Shown here piece after piece: positions 38,849 through 52,150 of a stretch of DNA of 64,000 nucleotides (position 1 is the first letter of the stretch; each line of letters begins with the position of its first letter). Origin of the DNA: Priapulus caudatus (lineage: Eukaryota). Where the stretch lies: the NCBI RefSeq assembly GCF_000485595.1, contig NW_014577081.1, positions 347,994 to 411,993 on the forward strand, given 5' to 3'. A program made the position numbers and the translations under genes. Below the pieces are notes generated by a model that did no database searches, had not been told where the DNA came from, and worked only from the letters and a program-made list of their open reading frames with translations.

Positions 38849-39742
38849 GTACACTCAGATATAATCATGCGGCCTGAATGTGGCAGCGTAAAATTAGCGG
38901 GTCCTCGATCGGCCAATGGCTTTACAAATCTTTAAAGAACATCAGGGGGGATTCATGTCTAGTAATAAAACTTTCATAACTGTGTTAGCGATCACCTGCA
39001 TAGAACGGACACCTGTTCATGGTGGTCTTAAACACTCCCCTGCTGAAAGTGCTGTCATTCGTACTGTACATAGAAACACTGCCTTAATTTGTGTCCCTCA
39101 TATCCCCACGAGGTTGACTGTAAATTAGAGGTGGGGTTAGCATGGCTGGGATGGCTGTCTTAGATATCTTGATATCAACGTATTGTGTCATCAATATTTA
39201 TCAAAATTTTCACTTGTGAATTAATGGCAAACTAACTATTATTAGATTTCTGTGAGTATGCTTATTTTTAGTTATTGATTACATGATTTTCTCATTTTCT
39301 TACTGTTTTTGTGTAAAATCTATATATAAATATTAGCATGCTAATTAAAACTTACCCAACCCACGCCACCATGCATTACCATGGTGTCATCATTGCTATA
39401 GTTGTAGTCTAGATAATGTAAACAATTTGGTGGAAGAATTATTTGAACTACCTAGAAGCAGCTAGCTAAATCTTGGTCACCGGCAGAGGTCGTGAGTACT
39501 CCGTGCCAGGCCGGGTCGCCCCACTCAACGAACGTCCCCTAGCGATATTTATCAGTTTATTTTAATGTGCATGCAGTTTTCCCTTTATTGCTATAGAGCG
39601 TGCAGCCATCGATCGATCTGCACGTCTCCGATTATAAAAAATTAACGATCGAGCGAGTGTCGCCCACCTGCCTCGACGAGCCGGGCGTGACATATCCGTA
39701 TGCTCGCCACGTTATGTTGATTCCTCGCGGAATCGTTTGCAG

Positions 39743-39877
39743 TTTTCGAAAGTTCCGGGCGAGCCTCCGAAGCAGGTTGGCAATAAGACAGAGTGTGCCT
39801 TACTCGGGCTGGTGCATCACTTTGGCAAGGACTACAAGACTGTCCGGGACGAGATGCCTGAGGAATCCCTGACGAAG
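39743..39877 (+). CDS. PMCA: PMCA exon H, copy 1
   Basis: [12 protein letters not shown] motif; tttgcag acceptor, AAG|gtaagt donor. Confidence 0.93.
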
Positions 39878-40281
39878 GTAAGTAGTGCTGTGAGGGACAA
39901 GAGGGTTCTAGTGAACACCTTACATAAAACATGTGGTCATTGAGGCCGTGTGTGAGAAACTTGAAAGAATGCCGGTTGCACGTGATGCCTAATGGTGGTG
40001 ATAGTGACAATTAACTTGCTATTTGGCGCTACTGCTGATGCGCGTGTCTGCTTATCTCACTACACTACGTTCGGTGACATTTTAAGCAGCTCCACGTGCA
40101 ACCTAAACGCTGGTAGTTTTCAAATATGAGGACGAGTGCGTGAACGAGAGTGGATGTGTAGTCAGTGTGGCAATCGGGTGCCCGCGCTACTACAATTAGT
40201 TTTAACGACTGCTACGTTCACCTGATGAAGTTACTTGCATAGCACTCATCGTGCGTTCATGTGTCGTGTCTTCTGCCACAG

Positions 40282-40388
40282 GTATACACGTTTAACTCTG
40301 TGCGCAAGTCCATGAGTACAGTGGTGCCGCGGCCGGGCGGCGGACTTCGTGTGCACAGCAAGGGTGCTTCTGAAATTGTGCTGAAAAG
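40282..40388 (+). CDS. PMCA: PMCA exon I, copy 1 ([10 protein letters not shown]...KGASEIVLK), GC donor
   Basis: N-domain KGASE motif; the only nearby frame-compatible donor is AAG|gcgagt. Confidence 0.92.
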
Positions 40389-40910
40389 GCGAGTGCACAC
40401 ACATCTTGCACGCTCTTGCATTAATAGTGACCTTCTTCTGTTCGGTGCATGCGCAAATAATATTGTCAGGTGCAGATAAATTTCATGCAGCGTATGGAAG
40501 TCAGTACTAGACCAATTTTGACGATGGCTGTTCGTTTCTGACCAATCTTGCAAATTTCTGACCGTTGCTGATGGTTGTTAACCATTGTTGAAAACGTTTA
40601 CCATTTCTGACGGTTTTAAACCATTGATGAGCATTTCTGACCATTGTTGATAGTTTTTAATGAATTGTTGAAAATTTCTGACCGTCGTTGACAGTTTCGG
40701 ACCATCGTTGGCTTTTTTCGACCATTGTTGAGCGTTTCTGTTCGCGATTGACAATTTCTGACGACTGTTGAGCATTTCCGACCGTCGTTGACGATTTTCG
40801 ACTGCTGCCGACTCTACGTATCTACATAGCGCGTTCACATCGTGCTAACTCGCCCTCTTCTCGCGCTCTCCGACATCACTGAGCCCGCGTGCTTGTTGTT
40901 TCCGTCGCAG

Positions 40911-41181
40911 GTGCTCTTTCATTCTCAGTGCCAACGGCAAGCCGCAGCGCTTCAATGCGATCGACCGCGCGCTGCTCGTGCGTAACGTCATTGAGCCAAT
41001 GGCGTGCGACGGCCTGCGCACGATCTGCGTCGCCTACAAGGACTACACGCCGCACGATGCTGACAAGAACGAGGTGCACTACGACGATGCCGGTCCACCG
41101 GACCTCGACGATGAGGTTGCCGTGACGACGGGACTCACGTGCATTTGCATCGTCGGCATCCAGGACCCTGTGCGGCCCGAG
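40911..41181 (+). CDS. PMCA: PMCA exon J, copy 1 (VIEPMACDGLRTICVAY...GIQDPVRPE)
   Basis: tcgcag acceptor, GAG|gtagga donor, conserved motifs. Confidence 0.95.
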
Positions 41182-42074
41182 GTAGGAGCAGCGCCACCTA
41201 GTGTGCTTGCGATACGCGGTGTGCCACGGTGCCTCGTGGTGTGTTGGGACGCAACACTAACCACAGCGTCCCCCAGGTTTACTGTGTAACTCGTATTAAC
41301 ATGAGACCTTAAGCAGCTGTGATAGAGTTAGTGTTTGGGATAAAGTGGTAAGGGCCGTAGCTGCACATGTAGTAATTGCAGTGAGTGAAGCTGGTCTCAT
41401 TTGGCTGTGAACATATATGCGATATTCTGACAGTAATATATGCACTATAAATGTATGCGTCAAACATATGGTTGGTTCTATCACATCATATTTCATGCTG
41501 AATTTACATACGTCAGCCATAAAACTTAAATGAATTTATTAATAAACTGCTTTCCAGCAATATGTGAAAAAAGAGATTTCATCATATTTTCATGACATCG
41601 AAAGGCTGTAGTTGTTAGGCGACATTTTAACTTGCATGGAGAGCCATTTTTATTTTGTTTTCTTGAATAATTTCTTTGTTGGTATGCTCACATGGAAGCA
41701 GGCCATTTTAGAGTTGGGTTTTAATTTTAACATTCACTTAGATATCTAGGAAAATTTGATTATCGTTATTTCGCATATTCATTTTCTGCATTTGTTTCTG
41801 GCACACCACCGGAGGGAATGGGAGCCGAAGATGTTTTTGTGATGCAAGTTATCCTTGGCTGAAAATAAACGCAAAACCAGTATACACCATGTTTTTGCTG
41901 TATATACATATATGTTTACATATACTGAGCATAACATTTTGACAGTAACTGTAGTAGTTGCTGTTATCATGTAACTACTGCGAATAAATTGGAAGACTGT
42001 GCGAATTGTGATACTCGGGAGTTGATCCTTTGATTTCCCGCGTTTATATTTTTGCTCGTGTTGCTCCTGTATAG

Positions 42075-42254
42075 GTGCCAGCGGCCATCAAGCGGTGTCA
42101 GAGGTCAGGCATCACCGTGCGCATGGTGACGGGTGACAACATCAACACCGCACGTTCGATTGCCATCAAGTGTGGCATCATCAAAGCACGCGACGATTTC
42201 CTCGTCATTGACGGCAAGGAGTTCAACAATCAGATACGGGACGAATCGGGCGAG
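42075..42254 (+). CDS. PMCA: PMCA exon K, copy 1 ([19 protein letters not shown])
   Basis: TGDN motif; gtatag acceptor, GAG|gttggt donor. Confidence 0.95.
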
Positions 42255-42732
42255 GTTGGTGCTTGCCGTGTCACGCTGCCTTTCTTTGCTGTTGTGACTA
42301 GACACTGATTATCCTAATTACTACCGTGGCGTCTATGCTACTGCTGGATCTGTAGCATGTCTGTGCTTTTATTGCAGTATAGCTTGTCTTCAAATTGTGC
42401 TGCAGTTCCCAGTTGCTCACCCACGCTGAAAACTTTTCCTATCAAGCAACCGTGTCTATATGTTTATAAAGTCGCAAAGTATTTATCTGGATTTTTGCTG
42501 ACCAGTTTAGTGGCTTTTACTGTGGTCTACAGGTAGAGAGCTATAAGTCCATGAAACTAAGTTAACTAAGTTTATTAGAATTTGTTAGCATTTTATGCAG
42601 GAGCAGTGTTAACAGCCGGTGCTATCAGATGCATTTTAATGCACAAACCCCTTCCTATCCCTCACATAATACATCCTACTGCTTAACTACTGTAGCAATA
42701 CACTACTGTAATATATATAAATAAATATATAT

Positions 42733-42831
<99 letters not shown>

Positions 42832-43141
42832 GTATCTATATTATGTAAATATATGCAATATCACTATCTTATCTACTATACCACTATGCTTATTTACTGT
42901 CCCTCTATGCTCATCTATTACAATAATGTGCTTATCTATTATATCACTATGCTGATTTACTATGATAGTATGCTTATCTGTTATAACACTGTGCCTATCT
43001 ACTATAATAGTAGGCTCATCTATTATAAAACTATGCTTAACCACCACAGCGCTATGCTCAGGTACTGTAAGAGTGGGACGTGTAGTTACTGTAACAGTGA
43101 CACGTGCTAGTGGAATAATGCATAACGCTGGTGTCTCGCAG

Positions 43142-43336
43142 ATAAGCCAGGACCTGCTGGACAAGATATGGCCGCGACTGCGCGTGCTCGCTCGCTCCTC
43201 ACCACAGGACAAGTACAACCTCGTCAAGGGCATCATTGACAGCAAGCTGACAGCAAACAGGGAGGTCGTCGCCGTGACGGGTGACGGAACGAACGACGGA
43301 CCAGCTCTGAAGAAAGCCGACGTGGGCTTTGCCATG
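43142..43336 (+). CDS. PMCA: PMCA exon L, copy 1 (LRVLARSSP...[20 protein letters not shown])
   Basis: Hinge motif; ctcgcag acceptor, ATG|gtaagc donor. Confidence 0.95.
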
Positions 43337-43611
43337 GTAAGCCGTGAGTCCTGTGTGCTCGTGTGTCACGTCGGGCCGACGTTGTGCTGTATTGAGCGGG
43401 ATGCCAAGTGTTATGCATTGCCAGAGAAGATCGAGCACCAGTCCGGCTTGCCACAAAATGTAGTCATTACCACGAAGAACCACGAATGTAATCATGACCA
43501 CGATGTGGCGACTTAATTGTCATGATTGTGATGAAGCATGCAGTGATCGCGAGTTTGTTCCAATATCTCAGCCACCGGCACATATATCAACTGCGGACGT
43601 GCGGAGGTGGA

Positions 43612-43984
43612 GGTGTGTGGTAAGATGTGTAGATGTGTGGGTGTAAAGCTAGATGTGTAGAAGCGTGGGTGTGTGGTAAGATGTGTAGATGTGTTGGTGT
43701 GTGGTAAGATGTGTAGGTGTGTGGGTGTAAAGCTAGATGTGTATGTGTGTGGGTGTGTGGTAAGATGTGTAGATGTGTGGGTGTGTGGTAAGATGTGTGG
43801 ATGTATAGCTAGATGTGTAGATGTGTGGGTGTGTGGTAAGGTGTGTAGATGTGTGGGTGTGTGGTAAGATGTGTAGATGTGTGGATGTATGGTAAGATGT
43901 GTAGATGTGTGGGTGTGTGGTAAGATGTGTAGATGTGTGGGTGTGTGGTAAGATGTGTAGATGTGTGGGTGTGTGGTAAGATGT
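43612..43984. repeat. 28-bp GT-rich minisatellite (also at 49018-49445)
   Basis: Unit gtgtgtggtaagatgtgtagatgtgtgg. Confidence 0.95.
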
Positions 43985-44234
43985 NNNNNNNNNNGATAAA
44001 ATGTCCTTGAAAAGTCCTTGAAAAAATGTTCAGTCCTCCTGTATGAACCATGATACATAACTCATACGTCTCATCAAGAACGCATAAGCTGGGTGATAGT
44101 TCACGTGCTCTTTATCTCGCACACGCAGACGTTCATGCACGCACGCGCGCGTGCACGCGCACGCATACACACCCGCGCGCATGCACGCAAAGAACGCCCA
44201 CTGACACGATATATACGATGTGCTTGTCTTGCAG

Positions 44235-44344
44235 GGCAATATGCGAAGGAGGAGCTGCCCAGCTATGAGTGCTTGCCTGCTAACACCGCGCAGCTGTTGG
44301 TGCAGGGTATTGCACTCAACAGTGGCTACACATCGAAGATAATG
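44235..44344 (+). CDS. PMCA: PMCA exon G, copy 2
   Basis: Same peptide and splice sites as 38739-38848. Confidence 0.85.
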
Positions 44345-45213
44345 GTACACTCAGATATAATCATGCGGCCTGAATGTGGCAGCGTAAAATTAGCGGGTCC
44401 TCGATCGGCCAATGGCTTTCCAAATCTTTAAAGAACATCGGGGGGGATTCATGTCTAGTGATAAAACTTTCATAACTGTGTTAGCGATCACCTGCATAGA
44501 ACGGACACCTGTTCATGGTGGTCTTAAACACTCCCCTGCTGAAAGTGCTGTCATTCGTACTGTACATAGAAACACTGCCTTAATTTGTGTCCCTCATATC
44601 CCCACGAGGTGGGGTTAGCATGGCTGGGATGGCTGTCTTAGATATCTTGATATCAACGTATTGTGTCATCAATATTTATCAAAATTTTCACTTGTGAATT
44701 AATGGCAAACTAACTATTATTAGATTTCTGTGAGTATGCTTATTTTTAGTTATTGATTACATGATTTTCTCATTTTCTTACTGTTTTTGTGTAAAATCTA
44801 TATATAAATATTAGCATGCTAATTAAAACTTACCCAACCCACGCCACCATGCATTACCATGATGTCATCATTGCTATAGTTGTAGTCTAGATAATGTAAA
44901 CAATTTGGTGGAAGAATTATTTGAACTACCTATAAGCTAAATCTTGGTCACCGGCAGAGGTCGTGAGTACTCGGTGCCAGGCCGGGTCGCCCCACTCAAC
45001 GAACGTCCCCTAGCGATATTTATCAGTTTATTTTAATGTGCATGCAGTTTTCCCTTTATTGCTATAGAGCGTGCAGCCATCGATCGATCTGCACGTCTCC
45101 GATTATAAAAAATTAACGATCGAGCGAGTGTCGCCCACCTGCCTCGACGAGCCGGGCGTGACATATCCGTATGCTCGCCACGTTATGTTGATTCCTCGCG
45201 GAATCGTTTGCAG

Positions 45214-45348
45214 TTTTCGAAAGTTCCGGGCGAACCGCCGAAGCAGGTTGGCAATAAGACAGAGTGTGCCTTACTCGGGCTGGTGCATCACTTTGGCAAG
45301 GACTACAAGACTGTCCGGGACGAGATGCCTGAGGAATCCCTGACGAAG
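45214..45348 (+). CDS. PMCA: PMCA exon H, copy 2
   Basis: Same peptide as 39743-39877; two synonymous differences. Confidence 0.88.
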
Positions 45349-45748
45349 GTAAGTAGTGCTGTGAGGGACAAGAGGGTTCTAGTGAACCCCTTACATAAAA
45401 CATGTGGTCATTGAGGCCGTGTGTGAGAAACTTGAAAGAATGCCGGTTGCACGTGATGCCTAATGGTGGTGATAGTGACAACTTGCTATTTGGCGCTACT
45501 GCTGATGCGCGTGTCTGCTTATCTCACTACACTACGTTCGGTGACATTTTAAGCAGCTCCACGTGCAACCTAAACGCTGGTAGTTTTCAAATATGAGGAC
45601 GAGTGCGTGAACGAGAGTGGATGTGTAGTCAGTGTGGCAATCGGGTGCCCGCGCTACTACAATTAGTTTTAACGACTGCTACGTTCACCTGATGAAGTTA
45701 CTTGCATAGCACTCATCGTGCGTTCATGTGTCGTGTCTTCTGCCACAG

Positions 45749-45855
45749 GTATACACGTTTAACTCTGTGCGCAAGTCCATGAGTACAGTGGTGCCGCGGC
45801 CGGGCGGCGGACTCCGTGTGCACAGCAAGGGTGCTTCTGAAATTGTGCTGAAAAG
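45749..45855 (+). CDS. PMCA: PMCA exon I, copy 2 (GC donor retained)
   Basis: Same peptide as 40282-40388; AAG|gcgagt. Confidence 0.88.
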
Positions 45856-46400
45856 GCGAGTGCTGCAGATGTGTGTGCTGAGAAGGTCTTGCATTAATAG
45901 TGATCTTCTTCTGTTCGGTGCATGTTTGCTGGCTCCCATAGCGCAAATAATATTGTCAGGTGCAGATAAATTTCATGCAGCGTATGGAAGTCAGTACTAG
46001 ACCAATTTTGACGATGGCTGTTCGTTTCTGACCAATCTTGCAAATTTCTGACCGTTGCTGATGATTTTTAACCATTGTTGAAAACGTTTACCATTTCTGA
46101 CGGTTTTAAACCATTGATGAGCATTTCTGACCATTGTTGATAGTTTTTAATGAATTGTTGAAAATTTCTGACCATCGTTGACAGTTTCGGACCATCGTTG
46201 GCTTTTTTCGACCATTGTTGAGCGTTTCTGTTCGCGATTGACAATTTCTGACGACTGTTGAGCATTTCCGACCGTCGTTGACAATTTTCGACTGCCGCCG
46301 ACTCTACGTATCTACATAGCGCGTTCACATCGTGCTAACTCGCCCTCTTCTCGCGCTCTCCGACATCACTGAGCCCGCGTGCTTGTTGTTTCCGTCGCAG

Positions 46401-46671
46401 GTGCTCTTTCATTCTCAGTGCCAACGGCAAGCCGCAGCGCTTCAACGCGATCGACCGCGCGCTGCTCGTGCGTAACGTCATTGAGCCAATGGCGTGCGAC
46501 GGCCTGCGCACGATCTGCGTCGCCTACAAGGACTACACGCCGCACGATGCTGACAAGAACGAGGTGCACTACGACGATGCCGGCCCACCGGACCTCGACG
46601 ATGAGGTTGCCGTGACGACGGGACTCACGTGCATTTGCATCGTCGGCATCCAGGACCCTGTGCGGCCCGAG
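46401..46671 (+). CDS. PMCA: PMCA exon J, copy 2
   Basis: Same peptide as 40911-41181. Confidence 0.88.
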
Positions 46672-47563
46672 GTAGGAGCAGCGCCACCTAGTGTGCGTGC
46701 GATACGCGGTGTGCCACGGTGCCTCGTGGTGTGTTGTGACGCAACACTAACCACAGCGTCCCTCAGGTTTACTGTGTAACTCGTATTAACATGAGACCTT
46801 AAGCAGCTGTGATAGAGTTAGTGTTTGGGATAGAGTGGTAAGGGCCGTAGCTGCACATGTAGTAATTGCAGTGAGTGAAGCTGGTCTCATTTGGCTGTGA
46901 ACATATATGCGATATTCTGACAGTAATATATGCACTATAAATGTATGCGTCAAACATATGGTTGGTTCTATCACATCATATTTCATGCTGAATTTACATA
47001 CGTCAGCCATAAAACTTAAATGAATTTATTAATAAACTGCTTTCCAGCAATATGTGAAAAAGGAGATTTCATCATATTTTCATGACATCGAAAGGCTGTA
47101 GTTGTTAGGTGACATTTTAACTCGCATGGAGAGCCATTTTTATTTTGTTTTCTTGAATAATTTTTTTGTTGGTATGCTCACATGGAAGCAGACCATTTTA
47201 GAGTTGGGTTTTAATTTTAACATTCACTTAGATATCTAGGAAAATTTGATTATCGTTATTTCACATATTCATTTTCTGCATTTGTTTCTGGCACACCGCC
47301 GGAGGGAATGGGAGCCGAAGATGTTTTTGCGATGCAAGTTATCCTTGGCTGAAAATAAACGCAAAACCAGTATACACTATTTTTTGCTGTATATACATAT
47401 ATGTTTACATATACTGAGCATAACATTTTGACAGTAACTGTAGTAGTTGCTGTTATCATGTAACTACTGCGAATAAATTGGAAGACTGTGCGAATTGAGA
47501 TACTCGGGAGTTGATCCTTTGATTTCCCGCGTTTATATTTTTCCGCGTGTTGCTCCTGTATAG

Positions 47564-47743
47564 GTGCCAGCGGCCATCAAGCGGTGTCAGAGGTCAGGCA
47601 TCACCGTGCGCATGGTGACGGGTGACAACATCAACACCGCGCGTTCGATTGCCATCAAGTGTGGCATCATCAAAGCACGCGACGATTTCCTCGTCATTGA
47701 CGGCAAGGAGTTCAACAATCAGATACGGGACGAATCGGGCGAG
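47564..47743 (+). CDS. PMCA: PMCA exon K, copy 2
   Basis: Same peptide as 42075-42254. Confidence 0.88.
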
Positions 47744-48199
47744 GTTGGTGCTTGCCGTGTCACGCTGCCTTTCTTTGCTGTTGTGACTAGACACTGATTA
47801 TCCTAATTACTACCGTGGCGTCTATGCTACTGCTGGATCTGTAGCATGTCTGTGCTTTTATTGCAGTATAGCTTGTCTTCAAATTGTGCTGCAGTTCCCA
47901 GTTGCTCACCCACGCTGAAAACTTTTCCTATCAAGCAACCGTGTCTATATGTTTATAAAGTCGCAAAGTATTTATCTGGATTTTTGCTGACCAGTTTAGT
48001 GGCTTTTACTGTGGTCTACAGGTAGAGAGCTATAAGTCCATGAAACTAAGTTAACTAAGTTTATTAGAATTTGTTAGCATTTTATGCAGGAGCAGTGTTA
48101 ACAGCCGGTGCTATCAGATGCATTTTAATGCACAAACCCCTTCCTATCCCTCACATAATACATCCTACTGCTTAACTACTGTAGCAATACACTACTGTA

Positions 48200-48232
<33 letters not shown>

Positions 48233-48546
48233 ATATGTATCTATATTATGTAAATATATGCAATATCACTATCTTATCTACTATACCACTATGCTTATTT
48301 ACTGTCCCTCTATGATCATCTATTACAATAGTGTGCTTATCTATTATATCACTATGCTGATTTACTATGATAGTATGCTTATCTGTTATAACACTGTGCC
48401 TATCTACTATAATAGTAGGCTCATCTATTATAAAACTATGCTTAACCACCACAGCGCTATGCTCAGGTACTGTAAGAGTGGGACGTGTAGATACTGTAAC
48501 AGTGACACATGCTAGTGGAATAATGCATAACGCTGGTGCCTCGCAG

Positions 48547-48741
48547 ATAAGCCAGGACCTGCTGGACAAGATATGGCCGCGACTACGCGTGCTCGCTCGC
48601 TCCTCACCACAGGACAAGTACAACCTCGTCAAGGGCATCATTGACAGCAAGCTGACAGCAAACAGGGAGGTCGTCGCCGTGACAGGTGACGGAACGAACG
48701 ACGGGCCAGCTCTGAAGAAAGCCGACGTGGGCTTTGCCATG
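48547..48741 (+). CDS. PMCA: PMCA exon L, copy 2
   Basis: Same peptide as 43142-43336; three synonymous differences. Confidence 0.88.
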
Positions 48742-49421
48742 GTAAGCCGTGAGTCCTGTGTGCTCGTGTGTCACGTCGGGCCGACGTTGTGCTGTATTGA
48801 GCGGGATGCCAAGTGTTAAGCATTGCCAGAGAAGATCGAGCACCAGTCCGGCTTGCCACAAGATGTAGTCATTACCACGAAGTACCACGAATGTAATCAT
48901 GACCACGATGTGGCGACGTAATTGTCATGATTGTGATGAAGCATGCAGTGATCGCGAGTTTGTTCCAATATCTCAGCCACCGGCACGTATATCAACTGCG
49001 GACGTGCGGAGGTGGAGGTGTGTGGTAAGATGTGTAGATGTGTGGGTGTAAAGCTAGATGTGTAGAAGCGTGGGTGTGTGGTAAGATGTGTAGATGTGTT
49101 GGTGTGTGGTAAGATGTGTAGGTGTGTGGGTGTGTGGTAAGATGTGTGGATGTATAGCTAGATGTGTAGATGTGTGGGTGTGTGGTAAGATGTGTAGATG
49201 TGTGGATGTAAAGCTAGATGTGTTGATGTGTGGGTGTGTGGTAAGATGTGTAGATGTGTGGGTGTGTGGTAAGATGTGTAGGTGTGTGGATGTATAGCTA
49301 GATGTGTAGATGCGTGGGTGTGTGGTAAGATGTGTAGGTGTGTGGATGTATAGCTAGATGTGTAGATGCGTGGGTGTGTGGTAAGATGTGTAGGTGTGTG
49401 GATGTATAGCTAGATGTGTAG

Positions 49422-49736
<315 letters not shown>

Positions 49737-50194
49737 TAGGTGAGGATTCTAGAACTATGCTACAGCCCACGTACATGACAGGCAGTCTTTAATCCGTAGG
49801 TGTTCGCAAGCGTGTCGACACACTCGTGTAATTCACCTACTCTGCGTTTTTTAACGGGAGCCGAGAAAGGTCGGACAATACACGCTATGCTAGCTACGCA
49901 CTCTTCAAACGAGTATCTACTCTGCACAGTGTCTTAAGCACTGCAGTTAGCTAGATACATGACACATCACACTGGATCCCCCTTGCCAAGTAACGCGAAT
50001 AAGAGTTTGACGTGCGCGCCACTTTGCTTGCTTACAGGACAGGCCACTGAAGGTGGTACAGATGCTGTGGTTGAACCTCATTGTGGACACACTGACGTCT
50101 GTCCCCACTGACCGTCGTCTACCCTACTGACCGTCGTCCACCCCACTGACTGTCGTCCACCCCACTGACCACTGTGCCCCCCTTGTGCTTACAG

Positions 50195-50408
50195 GACAGC
50201 CCGCTGAAGGCGGTACAGATGCTGTGGGTGAACCTCATCATGGACACTCTGGCGTCGCTGGCGCTGGCCACCGAGCCACCGACACATGACCTGCTAAAGC
50301 GCAAGCCGTACGGCCGCACGAAGCCGCTCATCTCGCGCACGATGATGAAGAACATCCTCGGGCAAGCTGTCTACCAGCTGACCGTCGTGTTTGTGCTGCT
50401 GTTCTGTG
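50195..50408 (+). CDS. PMCA: PMCA exon N ([31 protein letters not shown]6-7)
   Basis: cttacag acceptor, G|gtgagt donor. Confidence 0.96.
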
Positions 50409-50864
50409 GTGAGTACCACCGCTAACCTGCGCACGTGTGATGTCCAGCTGCTCGGTAACTACGCCGGATCACTCTCACATTTTTCCCTCCACCAGCTTCC
50501 TGGGTTTTTTTTCTTGTGGTCGTGGTGGTCGTGCATCTATTCTGTTTAATATGTTACTTACATTCGTACCAAACACTTCGCGTCAGATACTTGCTGATAC
50601 TTGCTCAGATAGTACTTGAACTGGTTATTGTTTGTCTCTGTTTATAGTGATGGATTTCGCTACTTTCTTGGAGCAGTGCAGTGTAAACTGGATTCGTCGA
50701 TGTTATGTTAAAAATTAAATTCTGCCTTCGATTCTTCATCTGCTACATGCTGCAACATTAGATGCTGTCTTAACATTCAGTGGACAATATTAGAAGTAAT
50801 TGTTCCCCGATCAAATCGTTGAATGTGTCTTAATCTTCATCTGCCATTTATTTCGCGTGCACAG

Positions 50865-51076
50865 GTCATACTATTTTTGACATTGAGGATGGGCGAGGGC
50901 TGACGTTTGGAGCGCCTCCATCAGAGCACTTCACGATCATCTTTAACGCCTTTGTGATGATGACCGTCTTCAACGAGATTAATGCACGGAAGATTCACGG
51001 CGAGCGCAACGTCTTCCAGGGCATTCTGAAAAATCCCATCTACTACGGAATCTGGTTAACTACGCTGCTGTTGCAG
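50865..51076 (+). CDS. PMCA: PMCA exon O (HFTIIFNAFVMMTVFNEINARKIHGERNVF, TM8)
   Basis: gcacag acceptor, CAG|gtgcgc donor. Confidence 0.95.
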
Positions 51077-51559
51077 GTGCGCTCCCCATGTCTGCCAGGC
51101 ACACCGACTCTTACCTTTTCCTCCACACCCCACATTCTTCCTCCTGGTGTACTTCTTCCACATTCTCCGCATCCTCATCTCCATCATTTTCCACTTCCAA
51201 CCTGCACTCATTCACTGTTAGTCATCTATTCCATCCTACTCAATATTCTACTCTGTGCACTATCCATCTGTGCTTTTCGTACATCTCGCTGCTTTAGTGC
51301 ACAATAAACACTCAGTATATAGCTGCACATTTGCGTGCTCTCGAGTCGACAGGACGGCTGAGATAGGCCAGGCGTGTGCGTTGCTCATTTCTTAAGTCCA
51401 TCCAAATAGCAAACTCGTCTCTGGTGTAATATAGCATGAGCAATTAATTCAGCCACTTATCTCGATGAACAATTAATTACTCGTCTGCATCTCTGATTAG
51501 CTATTACGCTCCATTACCAGTACGTTCAGGTTTCAGCGTGTCGCTCTCCGTTACCGCAG

Positions 51560-51754
51560 GTTATCATCGTTGAGTTTGGCGGTCCTGCCTTCTCCACGAC
51601 GGGACTGACGCTGGACCATTGGGTGTGGTGTATCTTCCTCGGCATGGGTACGTTGGTGTGGGGCCAGCTCGTCACCAGCATGCCGACCAAGAAACTACCG
51701 AAGAAGTTCTTCAGCTGGGGCGCGGCGCCGCCGACGGAGGACATGCATTACGAC
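51560..51754 (+). CDS. PMCA: PMCA exon P (VIIVEFGGPAFSTTGL...WGQLVTSMPTKKLPKKFFSWG...)
   Basis: Manual translation gives TM9-10; ccgcag acceptor; the GAC|gtgcgt donor is inferred from frame. Confidence 0.88.
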
Positions 51755-52054
51755 GTGCGTCTACTTCAATCTTAACTTTCCTCGAATCGGGGAGCGAGAT
51801 TAGCTGTGCACCCGCTGCTAACAGTATTCTCATTGGAACGATCGTATTTTTGTTTGTTTTTGTTTATCTCTTCAAAGTTAGGCGTTTGGTTGCCGTCGTG
51901 GTTCATTTTGGGATGTCATTGTGAGGATGTTTGAATGAACAGTGTTAAATGTCGCAACACGTGGCTTTGACTTCACTTGTTCACATTGCTTCATATATTC
52001 GCCTGTGCATCGAGTATTCCAAAGTGTAACTCGACCGTGTACTGCATCTTCCAG

Positions 52055-52150
52055 ATGGGACCTGAGCCTCGCTCTCGCGGTGGCTCCATTGATAACGTTA
52101 GAACTGGGCAGATCCTGTGGCTGAGAGGCCTGACCAGACTACAGACACAG
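52055..52150 (+). CDS. PMCA: PMCA exon Q (RTGQILWLRGLTRLQTQ, N-half of the calmodulin-binding domain), ending at splice site C
   Basis: cttccag acceptor, CAG|gtaggt donor. Confidence 0.93.

Noticed and set aside
43995..48741. Second PMCA paralog or mutually exclusive exon cluster
   Set aside because: Identical peptides, near-identical introns and a gap at the junction point to allelic duplication
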